From Alphaproteobacteria bacterium (lineage in GTDB: Bacteria > Pseudomonadota > Alphaproteobacteria > JAAXGF01), in contig CAUVXB020000002.1 of NCBI GenBank assembly GCA_963555825.3, positions 2,496,001-2,560,000 of the forward strand: 64,000 nt of DNA, in the 5' to 3' direction. The number at the start of each line of letters is the position of its first letter. Position 1 is the stretch's first letter. Of this stretch, positions 23,134-33,286 are shown in pieces. The position numbers and the translations under genes are program-made. Below the pieces are notes generated by a model. That model had not been told where the DNA came from, ran no database searches, and saw only the letters and a program-made list of their open reading frames with translations.

Positions 23134-23248
23134 CGCCGTCGATAGGCGCGTCCGCTTATCGCCAGGTGTCGGGAAGCCTAAACGATGCGCCGCATTGCCC
23201 GCGGCATCCTTCCGACCCGGCGAAATGCGGACACGATCCCTATCGGCG
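23134..23248 (-). repeat. Degenerate internal module of the family-A MITE, reverse orientation, no TIRs
   Basis: gcgtccgcttatc...gcctaaacgatgcgccgcattgcccgcggc...ccggcgaaatgcggacacgatc matches the reverse complement of ~4971-5068. Confidence 0.75.
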
Positions 23249-23268
23249 TTTGTCACAGACCCCCGGTC

Positions 23269-24201
23269 TTAGATCGCTTCGGCGGGCGCCAGACGTTGGC
23301 GCGCGGCGGCGATCGCGGCGGCGTCAGGCAGGCTCGGTTGGGCACCGACCGTCGCGCAGGCGAGCGCGCCGGCGATGCTGGCGGCGTGCAGCGCGGCGGG
23401 CAACGCGTCACCCCGATCGAGCGCGCCGGCGAACACGCCGACGAAGGCGTCGCCGGCCGCCGTGGTGTCGACCGGCTCGATCGCCATCGCGCCGATACGC
23501 CAGGCCGCGCCGCGGTCGAAGGCGCGCGCGCCATCGCCGCCCAGGGTGACGATGGTCGCGACCTCCCACGACTCGGCCAGGCGCCGGGCGGCGTCGACCG
23601 GGCCTCGATGGGCAATCCCCGCCGCGTCGGCCAGCATCGGCGCCTCGATCTCGTTCACCACCAGCACGTCGAGCGCCTCGGCCATGCCGGTGGGCAGCGG
23701 CGCGGCGGGCGCCGCATTGAGCACCACGCGAGCGCCCCGCGCCCGGGCGCGCGCCGCGACCGCCGCGGTCTCGGCGTCATCGACCTCGAGCTGCAGCAGG
23801 AGCGTGGCGCCGGGCCCGAGCAACGTGTCGTCGAGCTGGCCGGCCTTGGCGAAGCGGTTGGCGCCGCTGGCGACGGCGATCTGGTTGCGGCCTTGCGTGT
23901 CGACCGTGATCATCGCGCAGGCGGTCGGCGCGTCGACCTCGACGACCCCGGTCAGATCGACGCCCGCCTCGCGCATCGTCGCCAACGCGGTATCGGCATA
24001 GCCATCGCGGCCGACGCAGCCGACCATATGGGTCACGGCGCCGACGCGCGCGGCGGCGAGCGCCTGGTTGGCGCCCTTGCCGCCGGGCACCGCGACATAG
24101 CTCGGCGCGAGCACGGTCTCGCCCGGCCGGGGCAGCGTGTCGACCCGCACCACGAGGTCGATGTTGATCGAGCCGAAGACGACGAGCCGGGACATGTTCA
24201 T
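23269..24201 (-). CDS. rbsK: Ribokinase
   Basis: GSINIDL, PGGKGANQA, VNEIE, DTTAAGDAF. Confidence 0.9.
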   Translation of the reverse strand: MNMSRLVVFGSINIDLVVRVDTLPRPGETVLAPSYVAVPGGKGANQALAAARVGAVTHMVGCVGRDGYADTALATMREAGVDLTGVVEVDAPTACAMITVDTQGRNQIAVASGANRFAKAGQLDDTLLGPGATLLLQLEVDDAETAAVAARARARGARVVLNAAPAAPLPTGMAEALDVLVVNEIEAPMLADAAGIAHRGPVDAARRLAESWEVATIVTLGGDGARAFDRGAAWRIGAMAIEPVDTTAAGDAFVGVFAGALDRGDALPAALHAASIAGALACATVGAQPSLPDAAAIAAARQRLAPAEAI

Positions 24202-24264
24202 GCCCTAGCCCGTCGTGCCCGGGAATGGAAGCGATTTCCCGTGTGGCTCCCGTCCGCCAGGCTC

Positions 24265-25299
24265 CTAAGCGGCCCAGGGCAGCAGCACGAGGTTGCCGGA
24301 GACCTGGTTGGCCGCAACGAGACGGTGCGCCTCGGCGGCCTGGCTGAGCGGCAGGGCGTGGTCGAGCAGCGGTCGGATCGCGCCGGCCTTGACCCGTTCG
24401 AGGCCCCATTCGAGGTCTTCGATATCGCTCGCCATCGTGCCCTTGAGCCGCTTCTGGGCGAAGAACAGGCTGCGGATGTCGAAGCGGACTTCCGCCCCGG
24501 CGGCGAAGCCGAAAGCGACGACGACGCCCATCGCCTTGACCGCCTCGATGCTCTGGGCCAGCACGTCGCCGCCCAGATTGTCGATGACCACGTCGGCGCC
24601 CCGGCCGCCGGTCCACGCCTTGACGCGGTCGACGACGTCCTCGGTGCGGGTGTCGACGACGAGATCCGCGCCCGCCTCTCTCGCGAAATCGGCCTTGGCG
24701 TCATCGCGAACCGTCGTGGCGACCTCGGCGCCGAGCGCCTTGGCGACCTGGATCAGCATTGAACCAGAACCCGAGGCCCCGGCGTGCACCAACACCTTGT
24801 CGCCGGCCACGACACCGCCGACCGTCTTGACGGCATGGACGGCGGTCGCCAACACCACCGGGAGCGTCGCCGCCTGTTCGGGCGCGAGGCCCGTCTCGTC
24901 CTTGACCGCGGCACGGGCGGGCACCTCGATGTACTGGGCATAGGTGCCACCGACGGCCAAACCGGGCAGCACGAAGCTCGGCGCGGTGACGGTCGGGCGG
25001 TGGTCGATCTCGGCGTCATCGGTCGGGTAACCGGGGACGACGATCACCCGCTCGCCGATCGCGAATTCGGTGACGCCCGCGCCCAGCTCGGCGACCTCGC
25101 CGGCGGCGTCGATGCCGAGGATGTGCGGGAAGGCAAGCTCGGGGACGATCGAGCCTTCGCGGATGTAATGGTCGAGCCGGTTGACGCCGGCGGCGAGCAC
25201 CTTGACCAGCACATGGCCGGGCCTCGGCTTGGGCGTCGGGACGTCTTCGAGCTTGAGCACGGCGGCATCGCCGAATTCGCGGATGACGGCTGCTTTCAT
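24265..25299 (-). CDS. MDR/quinone oxidoreductase family protein
   Basis: AAGVNRLD, HILGIDAAG, HAGASGSG. Confidence 0.88.
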   Translation of the reverse strand: MKAAVIREFGDAAVLKLEDVPTPKPRPGHVLVKVLAAGVNRLDHYIREGSIVPELAFPHILGIDAAGEVAELGAGVTEFAIGERVIVVPGYPTDDAEIDHRPTVTAPSFVLPGLAVGGTYAQYIEVPARAAVKDETGLAPEQAATLPVVLATAVHAVKTVGGVVAGDKVLVHAGASGSGSMLIQVAKALGAEVATTVRDDAKADFAREAGADLVVDTRTEDVVDRVKAWTGGRGADVVIDNLGGDVLAQSIEAVKAMGVVVAFGFAAGAEVRFDIRSLFFAQKRLKGTMASDIEDLEWGLERVKAGAIRPLLDHALPLSQAAEAHRLVAANQVSGNLVLLPWAA

Positions 25300-25325
25300 C
25301 GTCTGTCTCCCGTTTGAATGTTGGG

Positions 25326-26027
25326 TCAGGCGGCCAGCGTCTCGGCGCCTTGGCCGAGCAGGACCGCCTTCGAGTCCTCGGTGACTGTCGGCGTGGTGCT
25401 GATCGCCCTGCCCTTGGCATAGGCAGCGATCGTCGCCGGGCGATTGCCGATCGCCTCGAACCAGCGCCCGAGATTGGCGAACCGGCCGAGGTGGTCGCGC
25501 TCGCGCTGGAGCCGCAGGAGCCACGGATAGATCGCCATGTCGGCGATCGTGTAGTCGTCGCCCGCGACATAGGCGCGGTCGGCGAGGCGTTTGTCGAGCA
25601 CGGCGTAAAGCCGCTCGGTCTCGGCGACGTAACGCTCGATAGCATAGCGGATGCGCGTCGGCGCATAGGCGCTGAAATGCAGGTTCTGGCCGAGCATCGG
25701 GCCGAGCCCGCCGATCTGCCAGAAGAGCCACTGCAGCACCTCGGCGCGGCCCGCCGGGTCGTCGGCGATGAAGCGGCCGGTCTTGTCGGCGAGATAGAGC
25801 AGGATGGCGCCCGATTCGAACAGCGAGAGCGGCGCGCCATCGCCGTCTGGCGCGTTGTCGACGATCGCGGGGATGCGGTTGTTCGGGCCGATGCGCAGGA
25901 AGTCGGGGTCGAACTGGGCGCCCTTCGAGATGTCGACCGGCATGATGTTGTACGGCAGCCCGCTTTCCTCGAGGAAAAGCAAAGGCTTGTAGCCGTTCGG
26001 CGTGGTCCAGAAGTAGACGTCGATCAT
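25326..26027 (-). CDS. Glutathione S-transferase, YfcG/YghU-like
   Basis: WTTPNG, PNNRIPAI, FESGAILLYLA. Confidence 0.9.
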   Translation of the reverse strand: MIDVYFWTTPNGYKPLLFLEESGLPYNIMPVDISKGAQFDPDFLRIGPNNRIPAIVDNAPDGDGAPLSLFESGAILLYLADKTGRFIADDPAGRAEVLQWLFWQIGGLGPMLGQNLHFSAYAPTRIRYAIERYVAETERLYAVLDKRLADRAYVAGDDYTIADMAIYPWLLRLQRERDHLGRFANLGRWFEAIGNRPATIAAYAKGRAISTTPTVTEDSKAVLLGQGAETLAA

Positions 26028-26144
26028 ATCGGGCTCTCCAGATGCGTTCGGTCGCGTGCCCACCATGTAGGCATCGATTGGCTTTGTGATAATTACGATA
26101 AAATGATAAATATTTATGTGAAAACTGCATCAATCCGAGATCGC

Positions 26145-27059
26145 ATGGACGACATTGCCGGCATGCGGGTGTTCGCACGGGTCGTCGACGCGGGCAGCTT
26201 TTCGGCCGCCGGGCGCGAGATCGGCATGTCGCCGTCGGCGGTGTCGCGCCGCATCGGCGAGCTCGAGAATGGCCTCGGCGCGCGGCTGTTCCAGCGCACG
26301 ACGCGCAAGCTCAGCCTGACCGAGGCCGGCAGCGTCTACGACCAATGCGTGCGCGCGATCCTCGCCGACGTCGACGCCGCCAAGCGCGCCGTCGCCGAGC
26401 TCGGCGGCGCACCGACCGGCGTCTTGCGGCTTTCGGTGCCGTCGAGCCTCGCGCGGCGTCACGTCGCCCCGGCGCTCGCCGACTTCCACCAGCGATTCCC
26501 GGCGGTCGAGATCGTGCTGTCGGTAACCGACCGCGTGGTCGATATGATCGACGAGGGCTTGGACATGGCGATCCGCATCGGCCGGCTGAGCGACTCGGGG
26601 CTGATCGCGCGAAAGATCGGATCGGCGCGGCGCATCGTTTGCGCCAGCCCGGCCTATCTGGCGCAGGCGGGCGTTCCGCAGACGCCGGCTGCGTTGGAGG
26701 GCCATAGCTGCGTCACCTTCCGCAGCCATCCCGGCAGCAACGTCTGGGCCTTCCGCGGCCCCGACGGCGAGCACCTGGCGCGCGTCACGGGCCGCATCTT
26801 CGCCAACGACGGCGAGGCGCTATCAGCCGCCGCCGTCGCCGGGCTGGGCATCGTTCTGCTGCCCGAATGGATGGTCGGCCTCGAATTGCGGGCCGGCCAG
26901 TTGCGCGAAATCCTGCCGGGTTTCCGGCCCGAGCCCGACACCACCCCGCTGCATGCCGTCTATCCGCACCAGCGGCACCTGCCGCCCAAGGTGCGCGTGA
27001 TGGTCGACTTCCTGGTCGAACGCTTCGCCGCCCACTATGCGTGGGATACGGCGCCGTAG
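26145..27059 (+). CDS. LysR family regulator (CrgA-like), divergent from the GST/MDR operon
   Basis: GSFSAAGRE...AVSRRIGELE...LFQRTTR; PPKVRVMVDFL; AT-rich shared promoter. Confidence 0.95.
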   Translation: MDDIAGMRVFARVVDAGSFSAAGREIGMSPSAVSRRIGELENGLGARLFQRTTRKLSLTEAGSVYDQCVRAILADVDAAKRAVAELGGAPTGVLRLSVPSSLARRHVAPALADFHQRFPAVEIVLSVTDRVVDMIDEGLDMAIRIGRLSDSGLIARKIGSARRIVCASPAYLAQAGVPQTPAALEGHSCVTFRSHPGSNVWAFRGPDGEHLARVTGRIFANDGEALSAAAVAGLGIVLLPEWMVGLELRAGQLREILPGFRPEPDTTPLHAVYPHQRHLPPKVRVMVDFLVERFAAHYAWDTAP

Positions 27060-27073
27060 CGGGGTCGACCGCG

Positions 27074-27463
27074 CTATCTGGCGCCCTTCGAGGCGCCGCG
27101 CGACAGCTCGGTGGTAATCGAGATCATCGCCGATCCACTCCTGTTGGTCACCCGCGTCCAGCGGTCGCCGAAGATCTCGGTGAGCGTGACGCTGTCGCCC
27201 GCCGCGACGGTGACGCTGCCGCTGTAGTTCCAGCTCTCGATGGCGACTTCGGCCGCGCCCAGCCCGCGATTGAAGATCGTCATCTTGGCGTAGTCGTTGC
27301 CCCTGGCGGTGCGCACCGAGACGGTCTCGCCGGGGCCGGCCTCGCTCGGCCCGCTCATCGTGCTGAACCCGGCGCGCGCGGGCGCTCCCGCAAGGATCGC
27401 AAGAGGCGCCCAAGCGAGCGTCGCAAGGATGTGCCGCCGCGTGGACTGTGGCAACGCTGTCAT
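27074..27463 (-). CDS. Small secreted hypothetical protein with a Tat-like signal
   Basis: GGAGGA RBS; STRRHIL + hydrophobic stretch + ARA cleavage site. Confidence 0.6.
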   Translation of the reverse strand: MTALPQSTRRHILATLAWAPLAILAGAPARAGFSTMSGPSEAGPGETVSVRTARGNDYAKMTIFNRGLGAAEVAIESWNYSGSVTVAAGDSVTLTEIFGDRWTRVTNRSGSAMISITTELSRGASKGAR

Positions 27464-27613
27464 ACCGTCCTCCATGGTCATTGGGCCGAGGGACATTAAT
27501 TGACATAGTGCAATTCGACGCGCCGGCCAGCGCGCCAGCGCCGTCACGCGCCGGTCGCACCCCCGCGCGCGACGGGGTACGATCGACCGCTACGTCCAGT
27601 CACGGGAACACGC

Positions 27614-29305
27614 ATGAACCGCAGCGAGCGGCGACGGCTCGACAAGCAGCGCCGACGGGGCAAGGCCGCCGGCGGCGTGTCGGCACCGGGCGACGACGCC
27701 TTCATCGGTGTCGCGCTGAACGAGGCGCGCGAACACCTCAGGGCGGGCCGCGCACGCGAAGCGCTGACGATTTACCGGCGCGTGATCAAGATCGACGGCC
27801 GCAACGCGCAAGCGCTCAACCTGGCCGGCGTCGCCTATTTCCAGCTCGGCGATCAGCGCCGCGCGCTCAAGCACCTGCGCCAGGCGGTCGCCGGCGGGAC
27901 GGCCGACGTCGACGCGCACAACAACCTGGGCAACGTGCTCAAGGCCGCCGGGCGTCTCGACGAGGCCGAGACGGCCTACCGCCGCGCGCTCGAGATCCGG
28001 CCCGATTACGCCGATGCCCACTACAACCTCGGCATCCTCCTGGAAGCGATGGGCCGGCCGGCCGAGGCCGAGGCGGCGTACCGAAACGCGCTCGACGCGA
28101 CGCCCGGTTTCGTGCTCGCCCGCTTCAACCGCGCCAACGCGCTCAAGGCGCTGGGCCGCCTCGACGACGCGATCGCCGACTACCAAGCGGCGATCGTGGC
28201 CGCACCCGACCTCGCCCAGGCGCATAACAACCTGGGCAGCGCCTTGCACGAACTCGGCCGCTCCGACGAGGCGGTCGCCGCCTACCGCCGCGCCATCGAG
28301 ATCGCACCCGAGTTCGCCGACGCGCACTACAACATGGGCATCGCCCTACAGGAGCAGGCGCAATTCGACGACGCCGTCGCCGCCTATCGCCGCGCCATCG
28401 AGATCAATACGGGCCAGGTCGGCGCGCGCGTCAATCTCGGCGTCGCGCTGCAGCGCCTCGGCCGCCTCGACGAGGCGATCGCCGCCTATCGCGCCGCCTG
28501 CGCCGCCGCGCCCGGCTACGCCGGCGGTCACATCAACCTGGCCGACGCGCTCCTCGAGACCGGCGACGTCGACGCCGCCTTGGCGGTCGCCGACGGCTTC
28601 CTGGCCGACCAGCCGGCCGACAGCGGCATGCTCGCCTTCAAGGCGCTGCTGTTGAACGAGGCCGGCCAGGCCGACGCCGCCGAGGCGCTGATCGGCATCG
28701 AGACGTTCTTCCGCGGCTTGCCCATAGCCGCGCCCGAAGGCTACGCCGACGTCGCGGGGTTCAACGCGGCGCTCGCCGACCATGTCCTGGCGCATCCGAG
28801 CCTGGCCGTCGCGCCGGCGAGCCACGCGACGCGCGCCGGCCGCCACTCGGGCGAGCTGCTGGTCGAGCCGATCGGGCCGATGGCGGCATTCGAGGGCGTC
28901 GTCCGCGCGGCGGTCGACGGTTACATCCGCGCGCTACCGGGACAGTCCGGCCATCCCTTCGCGGCCCGGCCGCCGCGGCGCTACGGGCTCAACGTCTGGG
29001 GCGTCGTGCTCGAGGGCCAGGGCCATCAGGTGCCGCATATCCACCCGGCTGCCTGGCTGAGCGGCGTCTATTACGTCCGGCTGCCCGAAGCGATCGGCGC
29101 GGCCGACGACGGCGCGGCCGGCTGGATCGCCTTCGGCCGGCCGCCGGCGCATTTCCACCTCGCCGCCGCGCCCAAGATCACGCCGGTCAGGCCCGAGGAA
29201 GGACTGATGCTGCTGTTCCCGTCCTATCTCTATCACCACACGATTCCCTTCGAGAGCGTCGGCGCGCGCATCAGCATCGCCTTCGACGTGCTGCCGACGG
29301 CCTGA
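27614..29305 (+). CDS. TPR-repeat protein fused to a putative 2OG-Fe(II) oxygenase (TIGR02466-like)
   Basis: About 8 AHNNLG/AHYNLG TPRs; HIHP..WLSGVYY, LFPSYLYH, RISIAFD. Confidence 0.88.
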   Translation: MNRSERRRLDKQRRRGKAAGGVSAPGDDAFIGVALNEAREHLRAGRAREALTIYRRVIKIDGRNAQALNLAGVAYFQLGDQRRALKHLRQAVAGGTADVDAHNNLGNVLKAAGRLDEAETAYRRALEIRPDYADAHYNLGILLEAMGRPAEAEAAYRNALDATPGFVLARFNRANALKALGRLDDAIADYQAAIVAAPDLAQAHNNLGSALHELGRSDEAVAAYRRAIEIAPEFADAHYNMGIALQEQAQFDDAVAAYRRAIEINTGQVGARVNLGVALQRLGRLDEAIAAYRAACAAAPGYAGGHINLADALLETGDVDAALAVADGFLADQPADSGMLAFKALLLNEAGQADAAEALIGIETFFRGLPIAAPEGYADVAGFNAALADHVLAHPSLAVAPASHATRAGRHSGELLVEPIGPMAAFEGVVRAAVDGYIRALPGQSGHPFAARPPRRYGLNVWGVVLEGQGHQVPHIHPAAWLSGVYYVRLPEAIGAADDGAAGWIAFGRPPAHFHLAAAPKITPVRPEEGLMLLFPSYLYHHTIPFESVGARISIAFDVLPTA

Positions 29306-29308
29306 TAC

Positions 29309-29546
29309 CAAGGAGATCCGCCTGCGCCGCGCCGGCCACATGCCGCGCGCCAACGACCCGCCGGTGAAGACCGTCGCGGCGCGCGCCGGTTTTTCGAGCC
29401 GCAGCTATTTTTTGCGCGCCTTCAAGGCCTTCACTGGCGTCGACCCAGCGACATACCGGGCCAACGCGATCACCGAGGCCGCCCGGTCGGCGGGTGCCGA
29501 TGGCGCGGACGTCCGCGTGCGCGCCGAGGACGTCCGGGACGGCTGA
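29309..29546 (+). pseudogene. C-terminal remnant of an AraC family regulator
   Basis: KEIRLRRA...VKTVAARAGFSSRSYFLRAFKAFTGVDPATYR (second AraC HTH), no N-terminal domain. Confidence 0.75.
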
Positions 29547-29610
29547 TTCCCGGCGCCGGGTGCGCCATACTGCCGCACCGGTTCACCAACGAACGCAGTG
29601 GGGCAGCGCC

Positions 29611-30312
29611 ATGTCAGAACCCGTCGTCGGCATTCTCATGCTCAAGACCGCCTTCCCGCGCCCGCCGGGCGATATCGGCAATCCCGACACCTGGCCGTTT
29701 CCGGTGCGCTACGCGGTGGTCGAGCCGGCGACCGTGGCGCGCGTCGTCAATCCGGACCCGCCGATGGACCTCTTGGAAGAGCCCTTCGTCGCCGCCGGCG
29801 AGCGGCTTGTCGCGGCCGGTTGCGCCGCGCTCACGACCTCCTGCGGCTTCCTCTCCGTGTTCCAGGCGAGCCTGGCCGCGCGCCTCGGCGTGCCGGTCGT
29901 CACCTCGAGCCTGATGCAGGTCCCGATGGTCCAGGCCGGCCTCGCGCCGGGCCGCCGCGTCGGCGTCATCTCGATCGATGCCGGCGCGCTGACGCCGCGC
30001 CACCTCGCCGCCGCCGGCGTCCCCGAGGACGTGCCGCTGGTCGGCACCGAGACCGGCGCCGAGCTGACCCGCGTCATCGCCGGGGACCTCGACACGCTGG
30101 ACACCGCGGCGGCCGAAGCCGACGTCCTGGCGGCCGGCGACGTGCTCGTCGCGCGCTGGCCCGAGGTCGGTGCGGTGGTCCTCGAATGCACCAACATGGC
30201 GCCCTACGCGCGGGCGCTCGAGGCGCATCTCGGCCTCGCCGTCTACGACATCGTCGGCCTGGTCGGCTGGCTCCACGGCGGCCTCGCCCCGCGAAGCTTC
30301 GGCGGCGGCTGA
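29611..30312 (+). CDS. Aspartate/glutamate racemase family protein
   Basis: PGDIGNP, TSCGF, LECTNM. Confidence 0.88.
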   Translation: MSEPVVGILMLKTAFPRPPGDIGNPDTWPFPVRYAVVEPATVARVVNPDPPMDLLEEPFVAAGERLVAAGCAALTTSCGFLSVFQASLAARLGVPVVTSSLMQVPMVQAGLAPGRRVGVISIDAGALTPRHLAAAGVPEDVPLVGTETGAELTRVIAGDLDTLDTAAAEADVLAAGDVLVARWPEVGAVVLECTNMAPYARALEAHLGLAVYDIVGLVGWLHGGLAPRSFGGG

Positions 30313-30374
30313 CGCCGGCGTGACCCCGCTCGCCCCACGGCGCTTCGGCGACGGCTGACGTCGGCGCGACCGCG
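30283..30374 (+). repeat. Degenerate 46-bp tandem duplication of the racemase 3' end
   Basis: ctcgccccgcgaagcttcggcggcggctgacgccggcgtgacc versus ctcgccccacggcgcttcggcgacggctgacgtcggcgcgacc. Confidence 0.75.
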
Positions 30375-30423
30375 GGCCCCACACCAAATCAGTGTGCCGA
30401 GAAGATCGCCAATATCTGTGAAA

Positions 30424-30500
30424 AATTAACGGTGTCAGACACTATTTTATATGATTGATACTATTGATTCACACGAATTAAAGGTGTCTGACCCCTTTTT
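30424..30500. repeat. AT-rich doublet of GGTGTC(A/T)GAC palindromes (REP-like)
   Basis: aattaacggtgtcagacac ... aattaaaggtgtctgaccccttttt between convergent genes. Confidence 0.7.
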
Positions 30501-30541
30501 TGGAGAGATGGCGCGTGTTTGGCTGGATGGTCGGCGGTCGG

Positions 30542-31942
30542 TCAGCGCTTCTTCCTGGTCGGCGCCAGGCCGGCGGGCGCCAGGCCGACCAGGAAGTCGT
30601 CGAGCGCGCCGGGCGCGCACCCGGCGTCCTCGGCGGCGTCCTTGCGCGCGATCGCGCCGCGGATCAGGGTGCCGCCGATGAAGCGGAACGGCTCGGGCGG
30701 GAAGCCACCCTGGGGGCCGCCGGCGAGGCCGTTCATCGACCATTCGTCCTGGCGGCCGAGCGCCAGCGACGCCAGGATGCGCCCGCCGGTATAGGACGGC
30801 CCGACGCCGTTGCCGGTGTAGCCGTGGCCGTAGACGATCTGCCGGCAGCCCGGCAGCCGGCCAAAAAACGGCAGGCCGGTCGCCGTGCGCGTCGCCGGGC
30901 CGCGCCAGGTCGCGGCGAGCGGCACGTCGGCGAGCGACGGATAGTAGCGCAACAGCCGCGCGTGCACCTCGGCCGTGCGCTGCGAGGCGGTGTCGTAGCG
31001 GCTACCCAGCCGCCCTGCGAAGGGAATGCCGCCACCGCCCTTGCCGATGCTGATGCGGCCGTCGGTGGTGGTCCGGTAGTAATCGACCATCATGCGCGAG
31101 TCCGAGATCGCCAGGCCGTCGACCAGGCCAATCTCGGCGAGCCGCTCGGGCATCGCCTCGGTCATGATCGCGTCGACCGCGATCGGCACCACGGTGCGGC
31201 GGAACTCGGGCAGCTCGTGCGCCCAGGCGTTGAGCGCGAGCACGACCGAATCGGCGGTGATCGTGCCGCGCGCCGTCTTCACCGCCGGCGTCGCGGTGCG
31301 CACCAGCCCGGTCATGCGGGTCTGCTCGTGGATGCGCACGCCACGCTCGAGCGCGACCCGGCGCAAGCCCCGCGCCAGCAGCGCTGGCTGCACGGTCGTG
31401 ACGCCGCGCTCGAAGACGCCGGCGATATGGGCCTCCGAGCCGGTGCGCCGGGCGACTTCGTCGGCGGGCAGTTCCTCCAACGCGTGGACACCCAGCTTGT
31501 CGAGCGCCTCGACGGTCTCGGACCAGGCGCCGAGCTGGGCCTCGTTGCTCGCCGTCCACATCCAGCCGTCGTGGCGGAAGTCGGCCTCGATACCGTGCTC
31601 GATGCAGAACGCGCCGATCGCCCTGACGCCGTCTTCGGACGCGCGCAGCAGCCGCACGCCCTCCTGGGCGCCGCAGATCTTCAGGAGCGTCAGCGCCTTC
31701 GACATCCAGGTCATGACAAAGCCGCCGTTGCGGCCGCTGGCGCCGCCGCCGCAGATGTCGCCCTCGACGATGGCGACGTCGATCGCGGGCTCGAACTCCT
31801 TGAGGCGCAGCGCGGTCCACAACCCGGTGAAGCCGCCGCCGACAATGCAGACGTCGGCGCGCGCGTCGCCCGCGAGCGGCGCCGCCGCGGCGATCTCCGC
31901 GCCCTCGGCGCCGAGCGCCTGCTGCAGCCAGAAGCTCCTCAT
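30542..31942 (-). CDS. FAD-dependent oxidoreductase (PuuB/DadA-like)
   Basis: VGGGFTG, GASGRNGG, GYTGNGVG. Confidence 0.9.
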   Translation of the reverse strand: MRSFWLQQALGAEGAEIAAAAPLAGDARADVCIVGGGFTGLWTALRLKEFEPAIDVAIVEGDICGGGASGRNGGFVMTWMSKALTLLKICGAQEGVRLLRASEDGVRAIGAFCIEHGIEADFRHDGWMWTASNEAQLGAWSETVEALDKLGVHALEELPADEVARRTGSEAHIAGVFERGVTTVQPALLARGLRRVALERGVRIHEQTRMTGLVRTATPAVKTARGTITADSVVLALNAWAHELPEFRRTVVPIAVDAIMTEAMPERLAEIGLVDGLAISDSRMMVDYYRTTTDGRISIGKGGGGIPFAGRLGSRYDTASQRTAEVHARLLRYYPSLADVPLAATWRGPATRTATGLPFFGRLPGCRQIVYGHGYTGNGVGPSYTGGRILASLALGRQDEWSMNGLAGGPQGGFPPEPFRFIGGTLIRGAIARKDAAEDAGCAPGALDDFLVGLAPAGLAPTRKKR

Positions 31943-31978
31943 CCCATCCCCCCTCTCCGGGCGTTGCCGGGCGCGCTG

Positions 31979-33286
31979 CTAGCAGTCGAGCGTGTGCTCG
32001 CGCTCCCAGTCGGTCAGCGCGCGGCCGAAGCTGGCCCACTCCTGGAGCTTGAGCTTGACGTAGCTCGATACCAGCTCGTCGCCCAGGCCCGCGCGCACCA
32101 CCTTCGACTTGTCCAACAGGCGGATCGCGTCCAGGAGGTTGAGCGGCAGCCGCTTGATGCGCTTGATGCGGTGGCCCTCCTCGTACATGTTGACGTCGAG
32201 GCGCCGGCCCGGATCGCGCTTGTTCGCGATACCGTCGAGCCCGGCGGCGAACACCGCCGCCTGCATCAGATAGGGGTTGGCGGCGCCGTCCATCAGGCGC
32301 AGCTCGAAGCGGCCCGGATCGGGCACGCGCACCATATGGGTGCGGTTGTTGCCCGAATAGCTGACCGCGTTTGGCGCCCAGGTGGCGCCCGACAGGGTCA
32401 CCGTGCCGTTGATCCGCTTGTAGCTGTTGACCGTCGGGTTGAAGATCGCGGTCAGCGCCTCGGCCGAGTGCATGACGCCGCCGAGGAAGTCGTAGGCGAG
32501 CTTCGAGAGGCCCAGCTCGTCGCGCTTGCCCTCGAACAGATTGGTGCGCCCCGTCTTGTTCCATAGCGAGACATGGGCGTGGCAGCCGTTGCCCGTCAGG
32601 TTGGCGAACGGCTTGGGCATGAAGGTCGCGCGCAGGCCGTGCTTCTCGGCGATCGCCTTGGCCATGAACTTGAAGAACACGTGGCGGTCGGCGGTGAGCA
32701 GACAGTCGTCGTAGTCCCAGTTCATCTCGAACTGGCCGTTGGCGTCCTCGTGGTCGTTCTGATAGGGGTTCCAGCCCAGCGCCAGCATCGAATCGCAGAT
32801 CTCGGTGATGACGTCGTAGCGGCGCATCAAGGCGCTCTGGTCGTAGCACGGCTTCTCCTGGGTGTCGTGCGGGTCCGAGAGCGCGTCGCCGTCGGGCGTG
32901 ATCAGGAAGTATTCGCACTCGACGCCGGTCTTCATGCGCCAACCCTTTTCGGCGGCGCGCGCGATCTGGCGCTTGAGCGCGACGCGAGGGCACTGCTCGA
33001 CCTCCTTGCCGTCCATCCACAGGTCGCCGGCCAGCCAGCCGACCTCGGGCTTCCACGGCAGCTGGATCAGGCTCGACGGATCGGGCACCGAGAACATGTC
33101 CGGATGCGCCGGCGTCATGTCGAGCCAGCTCGCGAAACCGGCGAAACCCGCGCCGTCGCGCTGCATGCCGCCGATCGCGCGCGCCGGCACCAGCTTGGCG
33201 CGCAGCGCGCCGAACAGGTCGACGAAGCTGATCAGGAAATATTTGATCTTTCTGTCCTTGGCGACCTTTGCCAGATCAACCGCCAT
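31979..33286 (-). CDS. gmaS: Gamma-glutamylmethylamide synthetase (GlnT-type glutamate-amine ligase)
   Basis: RAKLVPA, GAGFAGFA, YQNDHEDANGQFEMNW, SGATWAPN; mgd context. Confidence 0.9.
   Translation of the reverse strand: MAVDLAKVAKDRKIKYFLISFVDLFGALRAKLVPARAIGGMQRDGAGFAGFASWLDMTPAHPDMFSVPDPSSLIQLPWKPEVGWLAGDLWMDGKEVEQCPRVALKRQIARAAEKGWRMKTGVECEYFLITPDGDALSDPHDTQEKPCYDQSALMRRYDVITEICDSMLALGWNPYQNDHEDANGQFEMNWDYDDCLLTADRHVFFKFMAKAIAEKHGLRATFMPKPFANLTGNGCHAHVSLWNKTGRTNLFEGKRDELGLSKLAYDFLGGVMHSAEALTAIFNPTVNSYKRINGTVTLSGATWAPNAVSYSGNNRTHMVRVPDPGRFELRLMDGAANPYLMQAAVFAAGLDGIANKRDPGRRLDVNMYEEGHRIKRIKRLPLNLLDAIRLLDKSKVVRAGLGDELVSSYVKLKLQEWASFGRALTDWEREHTLDC

Noticed and set aside
24265-27059. Apparent long fusion ORFs 24265-26178 and 25314-27059
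   Set aside because: The N-terminal extensions are off-frame or antisense readings of the GST gene; real starts are 25299 and 26145
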